DNA of 64,000 nt from Chiloscyllium plagiosum (GCF_004010195.1 NC_057719.1:36242585-36306584); one strand, 5' to 3'. Shown: positions 24,698 to 39,104, counted from the first letter of the stretch. Translations and numbers: made by a program. The notes: generated by a model not told the origin, from the sequence alone.

Positions 24698-25369
24698 ACT
24701 TGGTTGACACCTAAATTCCTGTGGTCTTGGATGTTCTCCCACAGCAGCTACAGGTTTCTAGGTGTCACTGCTATGTTTCTGATCAGCCAGCAGCTCTCAC
24801 TGAGAGAAAATACCACCCCAGAGAATGGCCTGCCATTGGCCTCACAAGTGCCTGGTTGGCGGATGACATGGTGGACCTTCCTTTGAAGAGTCAGCTTGAG
24901 GGTCCCTCCAATTTTTTGAGCAAGTGGGTCAGAGTGCTGACAAAAACAGGAGATTCCAGCCTTGGTCTAACAACTGGGTAACTTCACCGAGCACCGCAAC
25001 CAATGCCCCCACGCAGCATCCCAGCTACATCCTTGATATAACTCAGCTACACTCCCCATTAACCACCCAACAGTATCCCCAAATTGACCAGCTGACTAAC
25101 AAAACCAAACCCTAACGCCAGACCAACCTGACTGAGCACTGGTAACCTGACTGAACCTTTTTGTAAGCTGGCTAAACTCTAACCTGGCTCCCACTCACTC
25201 ACCTATCCATCTATCCATTTTACCCACAATGCCTTTTTTACCCACCCACACACCTGTTGACTCATTCACCTACTTACTCATTCACCCACCAAAACTCTTT
25301 CAGTAAAAGACCTTTTAAAAACTTACTTGATTATAGCAGCTACTGTGGGAAGTATGCTCATTCCTTCCC

Positions 25370-25532
25370 CAGGAGAAAGTGAGGACTGCAGATGCTGGAG
25401 ATCAGAGCTGAAAAATGTGTTGCTGGAAAAGCACAGCAGGTCAGGCGGCATCCAAGGAGCAGGATAATCGATGTTTCGGGCATAAGCCCTTCTTCAGGAA
25501 TCATTCTTGATTTTCCAGCAACACATTTTTCA
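25370..25532 (-). mobile_element. Short PLE-derived element with small inverted piece, 14-bp TSD
   Basis: GCTCATTCCTTCCC at 25356-25369 and 25533-25546. Core CTGAAGA...GAAACATC on the minus strand. Confidence 0.75.
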
Positions 25533-25779
25533 GCTCATTCCTTCCCGTCTGTCCTGCTGTCACTGGTTTTATCCTGCTTCGATCAGGCTCAGAGTTGACC
25601 CATTAGATTGCCATGATAGCTGAAATGCATCTGGTACAGGGGACTCCTGCTGAACACAAGAACTAGGAGTGGCAGCAGGCTATTCAGCCCATCGAACCCA
25701 CCCCCACCTGAAATAATCATTGAGGCTGGTGCCTTCAACTCCACTTCCCTTTCTCTACCCTACAATCCCTGTCTCTCTC

Positions 25780-27000
25780 TTGTCAAAGAATCAGGGGATC
25801 GTGACTGCAGCCAACATATCAGGGATTAATCTACATGGAGCTCTGTATGGTCCCACTCCAGCTGCAGGTTGAGGGAGTGGAATCCCTATCAGTTATCATA
25901 AGTGATGCCTGCAAAGCTGTGCCTATCATCAATGACAGCCTACCCCATGGAGGGACCTGGAATCCTTGTGTTTCACCTGCTGTCCCAGGCAAGAAAGAAT
26001 GAACTGGAACATAGAGCCTCATGGAAATTCTTCATGCATCCATGGAAAGCCGAGAAGCCGAAAACTTCTCAGTCACAGGCAGTGTAAGTTCCACCCTGCA
26101 GCTATTGGCTGATATTTGTGAGTACCTCCTTACTGAAGGGGTCTCATACTCAGGGCCTTGCTGGGCTTCAGGTAGAAGAACTGCTCTACAAATGCCCCAG
26201 TAGAAATGGCCTCCTGCTCAGGGTATTTCTTTCCCTCCTCTCTTATCCAGCAGCTATTCTGCTCTGTTTAGCTTCCTCTCAATCTCTCAGTTAATGTTTT
26301 GCTCCAATGGAAAGGCTGATGACCACAATCACGTCTGGGAGAACTCGGAGCTTATGCGGAAACCTTGAAGCAGCAAAACCTCTTCCAGTTCGAGACACAC
26401 CATTCGCAACTGTGAGCTACATGGAAATCTCGAATCACTTGTGTAGTTGCTCTAATAACTCTGGAAGAAATCAACCAGTAGCTCATCGATATTCACTTGT
26501 TGCTGTGTTGTGGTGAGATAGAGTAACTAAATGTTTCGGCTTGTGTCCTGACTGCTCGGAATCAATGGTGGGTGAGTGTTGGGATGTGGTGCATCAAGCA
26601 GCAGGAGAGGCCGAATGACCAGTGGGTTGAAATCATGGACCATCATTGGGAGGTCATTGAACTTCTGTGGCACTGCTGCCAGGTTGTCATCAATCCAGAA
26701 ATAGACATCCCTGATCACTTGTTCCCATTAGTTTTTAATGAGATTGTGTATTGAGAATCTCCTGATCCCACACAGAAACACACCCTTTTTCATTCCGTCA
26801 ACCTGCTCAACTAAGGCCTCGAATGTTGCATCTCAAAGTCTTACACTCTCTTCCCTGTTGCTCCATTTGGGATATTCCTCTTTCCAGCCAGTTTCTGCAG
26901 AGAAGGTCAGTAACAGCTTCTCTGTTCTGAGATGCAGGCTAGCTGGTGCTGGAATTTGTGTTGGGCTCATAGCCATTCTGTAAAGGTGTTCAGACTATCA
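25780..27000 (-). mobile_element. PIF/Harbinger relic (Myb/SANT-like ORF remnants)
   Basis: FEALVEQV (~26800) and TTWQQCH/KFNDL (frameshifted, ~26650-26690) resemble the RTWxQCRKKFNDL trihelix motif. Related remnants are WIQCHKR at ~2950-2970 (-) and YHNTVNDL at ~34076-34099 (+). Confidence 0.45.
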
Positions 27001-27741
27001 GCAGTATGGTTCGCACTCAGCTGAGACCTGCAATCATGGAATCGTAAGGCCAGCACTGGGTTTGCATGCTGCAAGCTTCAATGGCCATACTTAAACTGAA
27101 TTCCCAAGGATGATTAAAATTGTAATAGGATTTTTCTCTCTGCAGGGGATAGCATGGAGCAGGACATAGCCACAGTACAAAGACATTATGCCACTATGAG
27201 AATGTGCATTAAAAAGCTATGCCTCTGGGGGAAAAATAGCTGTTAGAAAACGACTGTATCATCTTCTTATAATTGGTTTGAAGAAACTGATGGTCATAAA
27301 ACATTGGGATGTATTATGAGCAGGAACAGGCTATAAAGGAAATAATACATAAAATACCGTGTTTTATTTAGCTAAAGGGGAGGAAACCTCTTACCATGTT
27401 TTAGCCCAGATTGAGTGATCAGACTTGCAATGTGACTGTTGCTGCAAGACCAATATTAGTTGCCTTTCTCTGATTGCTCTTGGACTGACTGTTTTGCTGA
27501 GCCATTTTCAAAGGCCATTTCCAAGGGTAGTTAAAAGTCAACAACACTGAAGTGGGTTTGGAGCCATGTACCCATGCCAAACCAGATAAGGACAATAGAT
27601 TTCCTTCCCTACTCAGCAGCAGTTGTGAATCTGGTGGGGTTTTTTAAATGACAATCAATGGTAGTTTCATGGGCATTATTACTGAGATAAACTTTATATT
27701 TCAGATTTTTAAATGAATCTAAGATGGTGGATGGGACAATA

Positions 27742-30700
27742 TTGTGGCTGTAAGCTGCTCCTTTTTTGAGGTATTTTAGGTGTTGGACATGATTTCCTCA
27801 AATTCCAGGAGCAGCAATTACTGTCTTATAAGCTGTTGCATTGCTTTGGAACTTTGGGGGAAGAAAGATCAAAACAACGGCAGTTTAAAAAAGAGAAAGA
27901 CACCCAAAGGCAGAGACAACAAGGTCAGAGAAAGAAACCTGCACTGATGTCTGACACAGCAGTGAGTCTGCATAGTTACTGCCTTTGCTTTTTGAGTTCA
28001 AGTATCTCTGGACATCAGAGTATGTCTGGGAAAAGTTAACAAACAGCGAGATTCACAGCTGTCCTTGGAGGAACCGGTGTGGGAGGGCTCACAGCACAGG
28101 AACAGATAAGTGCACAGTTTTAAATGTAATCTTGCTGTAAATCTACAATAGTGGTTGGAGGTGGGACCCAGTGAAATGGTGAGGAAAGAGATCAATCTGA
28201 GACTGTTATACTGTAGTTGGGAAAAGGAGCTAGTCAGACAGTCAGGGCAGGCAGGAACAAAGCAGAGAATAAGGTAGAATTGATAAACTAAACCGCATTT
28301 GTTTCAATGCAAGAGGCCTAACAGTGAAGGCAGATGTACTCAGAGCATGGTTAGGAACGTGGGACTGGGATATTATAGCAATTATAGAGATGTGGCTCAG
28401 GAATGGACAGGATTGGCAGCTTAGTGTTCCAGGGTTAAATGCTATAGGAAGGATACAAAGACGGGAAGTGGCATTTTTGATAAGGGATAGCATTACAGCT
28501 GTACCGAGGGAGGATATTCCCAGAAATACATCCAGGGAAATTATTTGGGTGGAACTGATAAATAAAAAAGGGATGGTCATCTTATTGGGATTGTACTATA
28601 GTGGGAAATTCAAGAAACAAATTTGTAAGGAGATTTCAGTTATCTATAAGAATTATAGGGTGGTTATGGTAGGGGATTTTCCAAATATAGACTGGGACTG
28701 CCATAGTGTTAAGGGTTTAGATGTAGAGAAATTTGTTAAATGTATACAAGAAGGTTTTCTGATTCAGAATGTGGATGTACCTACCAGAGAAGGTGTAAAA
28801 CTTGACCTACTCTTAGGAAATAAGGCAGCACAGCTGTCTGAGGTGTCAGTGGGGGAGCACTTTGGGGACAGTGACCATAATTCTATTAGTTTTAAAATAG
28901 TGATAGAAGAGGATAGACCAGATCTAAAAGTTGAAGTTCTAAATTGGAGTAAGGCCAATTTTGACGGTATTAGGCAAGAACCTTTAAAAGTTGACTGGGG
29001 ACAAATGTTTGCGGTAAAGGGAAGACTAGATAATGAGAAGCGTTCAAAAATGAGATAATGAGAGTCCAGAGACAGTATATTCCTGTTAGGGTGAAAAGCA
29101 AGCCTAGTAAATGTAGGGATTGTTGGATGACCAAAGAAATTAAGGTTTTGGTCAAGAAAAAGAAGGAAGCCTATGTCAGGTACAGACAGCAGCGATTGAA
29201 TGAATCCTTAGAAGAGTATAAAAGCTGTAGGAATATACTTAAGAGGGAAATCAGGAGAGCAAAAACGGGCCATGAGATCGCTTTGGCAATTAGGGTTAAG
29301 GAGAATCCAGAGGGATTCTATAAATACATTAAGGACAAAAGGGTAACTAGGGAGAGAATAGGGCCCCTCAAAGATCAGCAAGGCAGCCTATGTGTGGAAC
29401 CAAAGGAGTTGGGGGAGATACTAAACGAGCATTTTGCATCAGTGTTTACTGTGGAGAAGGCCCTGGAAGATATAGAATATGGGAAATAGGTGGTGACATC
29501 TTGAAAAATGCCCACATTACAGAGGAGGAAGTTCTGGATGTCTTAAAATTCACAAAGATGGAAACATCCACTGGACCTGATCAGGTGTACCCTATAACTC
29601 TATGGGAAGGTAGGGAAGTGATTGCTGGGTTGCTTACTGAGATAATTGTATCATTGATAGTCACAGATGAGGTGCCATAAAACTGGAGGTTGGTTAACTT
29701 GGTGCCAGTATTTAAGAAAGGTGGTAAGGACAAGCCAGGGAACCATAGACCGGTGAGCCTGACATCGGTGGTGGGCAAGTTGTTGGAGGAAATCCTGAGC
29801 GACAGGATTTACATGTGTTTAGAAAGGCAAGGACTGATTAGGGATCATCTCTTATTAACTTGATTGAGTTTTTGAAGTAACAAAGAGGATTGATGAGGGC
29901 AGAATGGTGATCCATATGGACTTCAGTAAAGCGTTCGACAACATTCCCCATGGGAGACTGGTTATCAAGCTTAGATCTCATGGAATACAGGGAGAACTAG
30001 CCATTTGGATATAGAACTGGTTCAAAGTTAGAAGACAGGCCTATGATCAGTGATATGCCATAAAGATCGGTGCTGGGTCCACTGCTTTTCATCATTTATA
30101 TAAATGATTTGGATATGAACAAAGTAAGTATATTTAGTAAGTTTGCAGATGACACTAAAATTTGAGGTGTAGCGAACAACGAAGAAGGTTATCTCAGAGT
30201 TTGACAGGATCTTGATCAGATGGGCCAATGGGCTGAGGAGTGGCAGATGGAGTTTAATTTAGATAAATGTGAGGTGCTGCATTTTGGAAAAGGAAATCAG
30301 AGCAGGACTTATACACTTAATGGTGAGGTCCTGGGGCATGTTGTTGAACAAAGAGACCTTGGAGTGCAGGTTTCTCATTCCCTTAAAGTGGAACCACAGG
30401 TAGATAAGATAATGAGGAAGGCATTTGGTCTACTTTCCTTTATTGGTCAGAGCTTTGAGTATAGGAGTTGAGAGGTCTTGTTATGGCTGTACAGGACATT
30501 AATTCGGCCACTTTTGGAATATTGTGTGCAATTCTGGTCTCCCTCCTAATTGAAGAATATTGTGAAACATTAAAGGGCTCAGAAATGATTGCCAAGGCTG
30601 TTGCCAGTGTTGGGCAATTTGGGCTATCGGGAAAGACTGAACAGAATGGAGAGTCAGAGGCTGAGGGATGACCATGTAGAGGTTTATAAAATCATGATAG

Positions 30701-31045
30701 GCATAGATAGGGTGAATAGACAAGGTCTTTTCCCTGGGATGGTGGAGTCCAGAACTAGAGGGCATAAGTGTAGGGTGAGAGGAGAAAACTTTAAAAGGGA
30801 CAACTCTTTCATGCAGAGGGTGATATGTGTACTGACTGAGCTGCCAGAGGAAGTGGTGGAGGTTGGTACAATTATAATATTTAAAAGAAATCTGGATGGG
30901 TATATGAATAGGAAGGGTTTAGAGAGAGATGGACCAAGTTCTCCCAAATGGGACGAGATTAGGTTAGGATATCTGTCTGGCATGGACGAGTTGGACTGAA
31001 GAGTCTGTTTCCATGGTGTACATCTCTATGACTCTATCACTCTAT
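27742..31045 (+). mobile_element. Long CR1-type LINE (putative 5'UTR, endonuclease, RT, 3' tail), decayed
   Basis: Endonuclease motifs (WDIIAIIEMWL, MVGDF, LDLLLGN, GDSDHNSISF), RT motifs (MDFSKAFD, FADDTK, WQMEFNLDKC) and (CTCTATGA)n tail. Many stops and frameshifts. Confidence 0.88.
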
Positions 31046-31649
31046 TAATGCTATTTATGTTCCACCAGATACCCTGGATTTTAACCCATGTCTCCAGATC
31101 ATTACCCAGTTCTCTGAATTACCACTCTAGTGATAATACCATAACAGTGGCAGCAACCTCTCTGCTGTTAGATTATGATTTTAATCTTAAACAATCAAAA
31201 CTATTACTTGACAAAATATTTCTTGCCAATGTACAAGACTTTGGGGATAAATATTTAGCTTCCTTTTGGGTTCTCAGTCTCAATTGTAGTTTTTATATTT
31301 CTATTGTAAAAGGAAAGGATTAAAACAGACAGGAATTAAAAGGTATGAATCATAGCATTAGACTAATGATAAACACCATTTGATTAATAGACTACTAATA
31401 TGCTAAAAATGAATACACTGTTTGATGATTGTCAACTGTTTTATTCTGGCTAGACAGAATTCCACATAACCCATTGAAAGATATGTAGTAATTAGACAGA
31501 CGGAGTTGCATAATGCAATTCAATGATAAAATCCAGCTATATAATATTTAAAACTGGTAGAAAAGATTATTTGGTGCTGATTTGATCAACAGCATCCCAT
31601 GTATCTTTCTATTATGAAATTGTCAGCATGGATGTCTTACTGCAATTTT

Positions 31650-32215
31650 TCAGGGCCTTGGTGAGACCAAACCTGGAGTATTGCCTGTAGATTTGGTCTC
31701 CTTACCTGAGGGAGATATACTTGCGACAGAGGGAGTGTAGCAGAGGTTCACTAGACTGATACCAGGGGTATCAGGACTGTCCCAGTAGGACAGATTTGTT
31801 TGACAGGGCCTTGGCTCAAGAATGATATGGGATATGATTGAAATGTATAAAAAGCTAACACAGCTGTTTAGACTGAATACTGAGAAGATGTTTCCCCTGG
31901 TTGAGGAATCTAGAACCAAGAGTCACAGTCTCAGGGTACAAGGTAAGCCATCTCGGACTAAGTTGAGGAAGAACTTTTCACTCAGGGGATGGTCAGTGTA
32001 ATTTGTTACCACTGAAGGCTGTGGAGGCCAGGTCTCTGAGTATATTCAAGAAAGAGATTGATGAATTTTTAAATATTAAAGTCATCAAGAGGCATGGACA
32101 GAAAGTGGGAATATGGCATTAGAGGATCAGCCAAGATCATACTGAATGGCACAGCAGCTCCAAAGGAGTGAATGACCTACTCCTTTTCCTATTCCCACGC
32201 CCTTGTTTCTATGTC
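31650..32215 (+). mobile_element. Older CR1 3' fragment
   Basis: GCCTTGGTGAGACCAAACCTGGAGTATTG... through the tail. Similar fragments at ~5250-5640, 19275-19600 and 21700-21990. Confidence 0.65.
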
Positions 32216-32527
32216 TTTGTGGTTTCCCCTCCGTCTGGTGATGACAATGTTTAAAACAACTGAATTGGGAATTGCAAGCTATGCTCCAAAAGAGTGGAAT
32301 TTTCAGAAAACCATGAATCAAACCTGGTTTCTTTGAATTTAATGTCATTTCCTTGTTATGAACCCCTCACAGATTCTGTTATTTCCATACTCAAGTACAC
32401 TAATAATAAAATTGTTTCAGAAGTAAGTCGCTATTAAATTGCAGAAAACCTGAAAGGTTATTTTCTCCCAGCATGTTCCCACAAAATACAATGAAAGTAA
32501 TGACAAAAAACCCTGCTTTTTTGTTTA

Positions 32528-32638
32528 ATGTTAATTGAGGGACAAACTGGAAATAATTTGTCTATTCCTCTTCAAAATAGTACCATGGAACTTTTACATC
32601 CATCTGAGAGAGCAAACAGACCTCAATTTACCATCTCC
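32528..32638 (-). mobile_element. Probable DeuSINE (SacSINE1/AmnSINE1-like Deu domain) fragment
   Basis: Minus strand GAGGTCTGTTTGCTCTCTCAGATGGATGTAAAAGTTCCATGGTACTATTTTGAAGAGGA resembles the Deu-domain consensus as recalled from memory. Confidence 0.5.
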
Positions 32639-35600
32639 TCTGACTGGACTTACATTTGGAATTTTCCAAGCTAAAAGGAGCATCCATGAATAAAGGTTTA
32701 AAATATCTTTAATGTTCTCACCTATTTTCTTCAACATGCTGGAGTGGAAATCATTAGATCCTGGTGACATCTCATTTTTATTTTTTTTTCTAATATTGTT
32801 TTCTTGCTTTAATTGTATATTCATAGCTCAACACATTCAGTGACAGCCTTCTACCTGTATCTCAGGACTAGTAGATCCATAACTACAAGGAGCAGAGCAG
32901 AACAGTAAAGGGACAGATTACACCCACTTTACTCAAGCACATAGGAGGATGTTTTCTGCATCATAGTTACAGAGGTCTTTGCATCCTTTTAGAATGATAG
33001 GTCTGTTCTGACCTTATCTTCATGATTTCATATTATCTCTGTTTTCACCTCATCATCACCCATTGACTGAGAAACCACATACTTGATAATGTGACAATTG
33101 AGCCCTAGTGTTCCACGTGGTTCACTTCTCTCAAGCCAAGCCTCCATTTTCAATCTTTTGCTTTCAAAGGCCCAAGATCTGCCACTTTACCAACAGCAGC
33201 AGTCTCATGAGGAAAGACAAGAGCTGTGAAAGGCCCCTGAGGAAGGAGCCCTGTTGGGGGATCTGATGCTCACAGCCAACTATTGACACAGTACAGTGCT
33301 TCCCAATGACATTTCAATGTGACACTATTTTAACACATGATAATCAACACAACCTTGGATAGCAACCAAAAGTCACCAGTCCAATACTTATCTGAGCTAA
33401 TGCAGCTTACAAATGGCAAGCAGCAGAAGGCCAGGTTTGGAAGTGCCTGAAGTATTCAGGCACCAGAGTGATGAGAATGGGATGAGACAGGCCAGAGCTC
33501 AACAGTGAATGTATGCCAGTTGCTCCTTGTTCAAGTTAGACTTTGAGCCTCTGTGTTTTGGGCAGTGTGAAGGTCTTGGGAAGGGACAGTGAGATTCAGC
33601 AAGGTGGATTCAGAATCAGACCCGCATGTGCTATAAAACCAAGAGACTGGATTTTCCCACTTGCACTTAAAGTGTTTTGGCAGTTTCATGGTGCTGAGTC
33701 CACTGTGGCCCAGGCTGAATTTTCTGCTCTTAACCTTAATAATTAAGCAATTGGGTGTATTTCTTGGAGAATGGCCAGCAAGGTTGACATACTTGACTCT
33801 GTCAGTCCGCCTTCAGTTCCATATTTAAAGCCCAACTGCACACCATTTCAGATGCTGTAACCCAGGAAGTAAATTTCAAACTCCAGTATTCGAACTTCAA
33901 AAAGGCTCAGAGCAAAGGGGAGCTCCCTGCTTCCAAGACACGGATTGGATTGGGTGGTGGAGAGGATTGATATCCTTTTTTCTAGTGACGACCAAAGAAA
34001 GCCAGAAGCTAGCCTGGACAGAATTTGCAATATAGGTTAGTGCTGAGATCGGCATCAAGAGCGATGCCTGGCCTGTACCACAACACGGTCAATGATCTTT
34101 CATGTAATGCCAAGATAAGTGTGACCACCTTCTCTCTGCTACCTTGTACCCACTGGGGCACCACTCACCCAAACTCTGCCACTGCACATACCTCTCATCC
34201 AGGTTCATGGACTACAGCTATCAGTGTTAGATGCATCACATCCAGTTAATGGCTCTCACCTACTTATCTTCCCAAAATCTGCCTAACCTCGGTGATACCT
34301 AGTCACTCACTGGGAAACCCACCACATTTCCTCTCATGTTTCACCACTAACTGCTCTTCCAACCACTCCCATTATACTCAATCCCTCTCTTTGTCTCATT
34401 GCTGGAGGGACCAAGGTGAGTGGTCCAAGTTGGGGAATGGGAGCTGGCAGTGGTATCACTCACTAGAGAAGAAAATTGTGGATTGGTTTGGAAAAGAAAG
34501 GCGTGCATGTAGGAATAGCAAGAAACCAAGTGGGCAACCAACTCAGCTGTGGTGCTGTCCCTTTCCATCAGCACTGACTCAGTCTTATTCCTCACAAGAG
34601 TTCGTACATCTTTAACAACTAATCCCCTCTCTTCTCTTATGCATGCACCAACATCAGCCAGCAAACTTGCAGATTAACAACAGAATCACAACCAATTGAT
34701 CGAAGTCAAAACTCAGTTCATTCATCTTGGAAACAAGTTGCATTTAGATTGTCCCTAGTATCTTGAGCTTTATCATGCTTCCTGCACAGCCATCATGGTA
34801 AATGTCCTGAACCTCAGCATCCCTTTCACCCTCAGGCGCTTACTGTGAAGCCCCATTCCAGGAACATACCCATCCCTCTATTAGTGAGAATTCCTGCTGT
34901 GAAGGACACATCATGCTGTAATGATGTAGTCCACTCTTTCTGGGCTACAGTGCAATGCTCTGCTAGTGCAGTTTAGGAATCAAAACCTCACCTTTAGGCA
35001 GCCTATGGCCTTTCCCACTATGACCCTGCTCAAAGCCTGAACGTGGTTGGATTATGATCCCACAAAGTGGCAATACTGGACAGGTCAGATCACAGAGGCC
35101 TAGTTTGATAGACCTCTTTGTTAACTGTGAAAGTCGGTGACTGAACATATTCACAAGAAGCTGCTCACGTACTTTCAATAGAAAAATGGTTATTACACAA
35201 AGAAAATAAACTATGCTATGCTATAGAAGGACAATTTAGAACTGTCCTATTACAAATATTGGAAAGAAAGTTTAAACCCTTTTAACCCCTACAATATCCT
35301 GACAGGCTCTAAAAACTCAGCGCTCCCACTAAAGCTCCTTGGTCAGCTGCTATGCTTGTAATTGGTTTGTTTTTCACAAATTTCAACACTTACTTGATGC
35401 TATTTTTGTGGCTCATGCCTCTTCCTGAGAGTATTAAACAAACTACTAACTTTGCTTACTTAATGCTTAACACTGATTCCTTAAGATGACACATCAAGAA
35501 TCTTCTTTTTTCTAGCTTTCTTCTAAGCAACTTAAGACTTCTCACAAATCTTGACAGTGTGGACTGTTTATAATAGTACCTCTGCTGTTAAAGGCCTTTC

Positions 35601-36315
35601 TGTCTTCTGTTATTGCACTGCTTTGCTCCTGCTGATAAACACTGCAGCCAAATAGATCACATCGAAAATTTCTTTCCTGTTTCCCACTTTAGAGCTTGTT
35701 TTACCCTTTGACTCAGACAATTAGTTTGAATATTGGTTGTGGAATCCAATATTATCAGAAACACCTGCACTAGAGTCTTTGGCAGAAATAAAAGGCTTAT
35801 CCTGTTTTGTTTCAGACAGCAAACTGCTGCGGAGATTTTCTTCTTAAATATTCAACAAATATTCTGTCTAAAATATTCAACAAATTTCTTCAGGTTTTGT
35901 AAGGTTGCTGGTGGGCAATTTCTTCTGTTGTATGAGCCCAGCTGGAAGAACTGCAAACAATTTTCAGAGCTTCCAGCTTCAGTAGAACAGAGCTGAATTT
36001 TATGATCAGTACTTCTACAATTCTTTACAGCAAAATTAATTTTAATCAGCATCAACTGATAATTTACCTTTAGCGGAGCAAGCTGAAAACTGGCTGTTGA
36101 ATTAGAGGTGAATGATATGTATCTCTGTAAGTAAAAACTCACAATTAAATAAAGTCCAGGCTCGAGTTGTAACACTTGCTGAGTTGTAAGACAATGACCT
36201 TGTTATAAACATCAAGCAAAGGCAAATACAATCTTTTGGAGAAAATGTGATAAATCAATTATAGATACATGGCAGTTTTGTCTTTCATTGACTCACAAAT
36301 GCATTGCCATGTAGA

Positions 36316-36383
36316 TTCTGGATTAGTGGTGCTGGAAGAGTGCAGCATTTCAGGTGGCATCTGAGGAGCAGTAAAACCATTTC
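36316..36383 (-). mobile_element. Truncated PLE-derived fragment, 14-bp TSD
   Basis: CATTGCCATGTAGA at 36302-36315 and 36384-36397. Body homologous to ~15525-15590. Confidence 0.7.
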
Positions 36384-37333
36384 CATTGCCATGTAGAGTA
36401 AAGTTATTCAGCGAATCTTTATTAGGGACAAAATTAAATAAAATTAAAATCATTTTGATGTTCTTAAAGGTAAGATTCTGTGAAGTGACTTTCAACTTCC
36501 ACAGGGAAGCAATGTATGGTGCATGGAAATGTAAATCAGGTAGGATGTGTAACACATAGTCAATTTGCTGTGATTCCTTAGGCTTCAGTCACAGTTGAAA
36601 TTGTTCCTGCCCATTTTTGTTTGGGTTTAGCTAGTTGCATTTTACAAAATAGCTCAGGTATGTTAGCTCCACACTGCACATTTTGAAAATTGTCAGTTGA
36701 AAGCCCAGCCCAGCTGCACCAAAACAAAGATATTCGCTAGAGTTTGCCACAAGATGTCAGCCTACTCATAGAACCTGGTGTTCAGAGATCGCCTAGAAGA
36801 ACACAAGCATCTTTCAGAATATCAAATGGAGATGAATAATGTAAATGTTGTGCAATAAATATTAGACATATTATCCTAAATTCATCTTCCAGCATTTACA
36901 GTTCATTCCCACTGTTCATGGGAAAAGCTGCTGATCCTATTTTGAAAGACTTAACACTTGCGCAGAAGAATTTATTTATAAACTTAGTTAAGGCATAAAA
37001 AATTGTCTAATATTTCATTCGTCATAGAGAATATTTAAAGTTAGCAATCTGGATAACTGAATACAATTCACTGTAGGAAATAGAAGTTGCAAATAGAAGT
37101 ATTCTGTTCCTTCTTACCCTGTTCCTCTAAGCTTCGAGAAGCTTCTGTTGCACACAGAACTCAAAGGAAATTATGGAAAACTAAGCTTACAAGACATATT
37201 TAAATGCTTACCCAGTTAACAATACAGCCACTTATACACTCTATCCAAATATTTTCAGAATGCAAAAGATATCCATCAATCAGGTTTTTAATAAACAACA
37301 AAATTGTCAATTTATTATAAAAAGAGACTCAAC

Positions 37334-38350
37334 TGTTATGACAGGCAGACAGGCAGCCAAACCAAATCAGTTTTTCTACCTCTGAATTCAACACACTGTC
37401 AAATGAAACCATCGATGACCCCCAGTAATTACACCAATAGTTCCTAACCAGATTTTTGAATGACCAATCCCAGATCTTGTGAATATTTAATTCCAGACAC
37501 AAGTTTTGTATCAAACAAGATACTTAATTATTTATTAAGTACACAATAAATTTAGCAGAGGAAAAATTAAATGACAAGGTCATCAAATTAATGTCTATGC
37601 AGAAAAATCCAAAAATAGTGGTTTTTAGCCGCCATTTACACAAAAGACAGACAGACAACCAAACACTATTCCGGGACAAATAAAATAAAATAATAAAACT
37701 GGCCAGATTAATCAAATGGTTTTTGTGAAGCATTTTTTTCACAGGGAAAGCTGTGGATTCCTTGGTTGTTTTTCTAAAACATTGATCACGGTCATCTTTC
37801 AGTTCATGCAGATATAAATAGTAATACTTCTAACTCAGATTTCTACTCTTTAGGCTTTTGAGAGCTGGTAGAAAAAGTTTGTTCAGGAGATTCCAAGAGC
37901 ATGTCTTCCAGAAAGTTCTCAGGAGAACTGCTACATCAATTTTCCAGCTCTCACACTGAACTCTTTTCTTTTCAGAAAGATGGAAGAGAATGAATTGGAT
38001 CTCTTCTTTCCTAGCAGGCTATACCCCAACTGACATTTCCAAACAAAGTTCATAAAATCCCCAAACTCCTGACAGCCATAAACCCAACATTTCTGTAAAC
38101 AAGTCCAAGCAGCATCTTAGTGTATAAAGGCTCTGACTGTTTACCAAGTTTAATTGTCTCTTCCACTGAGTGGTTTTGATAAAAAGTCAAAAGTAAACTT
38201 TTGGTTAAATTTTTGATTAAAAAAAAACCAAATACAGGCATCACTGCAGTTTTTCAAATGAACCATTTGTTTCAGAACTGTATAAACATTCCTTAAAATA
38301 TTTGAAGTGAAAATACCTTCATATCAAAGTAAAGTCAGAAGTGTATAACT
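37334..38350. mobile_element. Probable old solo LTR
   Basis: Starts TGTTATGAC, ends GTGTATAACT, flanks CAAC/CTAC. Confidence 0.45.
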
Positions 38351-39104
38351 CTACTGCCCAGTGCACTTTTTTCAGGCAATAGAAGATCCACTAAAAACCC
38401 AGAATGGTTTCTTGCCAGGACACCACTGACTGTATTGATGAACATAGCTGGCCTGGAGTCAGTCAGGAATATATATCAGAATTATTTAAAGGATCTAATA
38501 TTGTTGATTTATCTTTCAGGCCCTGCTGTCAGTTTTTAACATGTCAACACTTCTCATGGGTCCCTCAACTCACACAACAACTGACATTAAGATCCAGTCA
38601 TGAACATCATGTAGTTTTGGTTTCTGGTTTCTGATTGCCCCGCTGCAGCTGCTGTTCTGGCCTTTTGTTTTGTTGTGTTTGTCACTCTGGACAGTTCAGT
38701 TGACTAAACAAATCAAGAATTTGCAGGTGTTGCACTAGTTTTAACTGTCTCATAGATAGTTTGGCTACAGCCTTTGGTGCTTTAATAGAGTTGGGATGTA
38801 GGGACACCTGTATTTAATTTGCAAGCATGTATCTGACCATTGAGCTATTCACCATTTTAATTGTACATTTGTGTCCTTGGCCTGCTGCAAAGTTTCAGGG
38901 AAACATAATGCAAGCTTGAGGAACAGTGCCTCATCTTCTGATGAGGCGCTTTATAGACTTCAGGGCTGTACTTTGAGTTCAACAGCTTCAGACAGTGAAT
39001 TCTATCTTATATTTTCTTTCCTTTCTTTGCTGATAAGTGCCTGTAGGTTTCTTATTTTCTTGTCTGTGCTTCATTCAGGCAGCTGTCTTTTATTCTACCA
39101 TGAG

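Noticed and set aside
28324..30999. Functional endonuclease/reverse transcriptase gene
   Set aside because: The CR1 ORF2 is broken by many stops, frameshifts and deletions.
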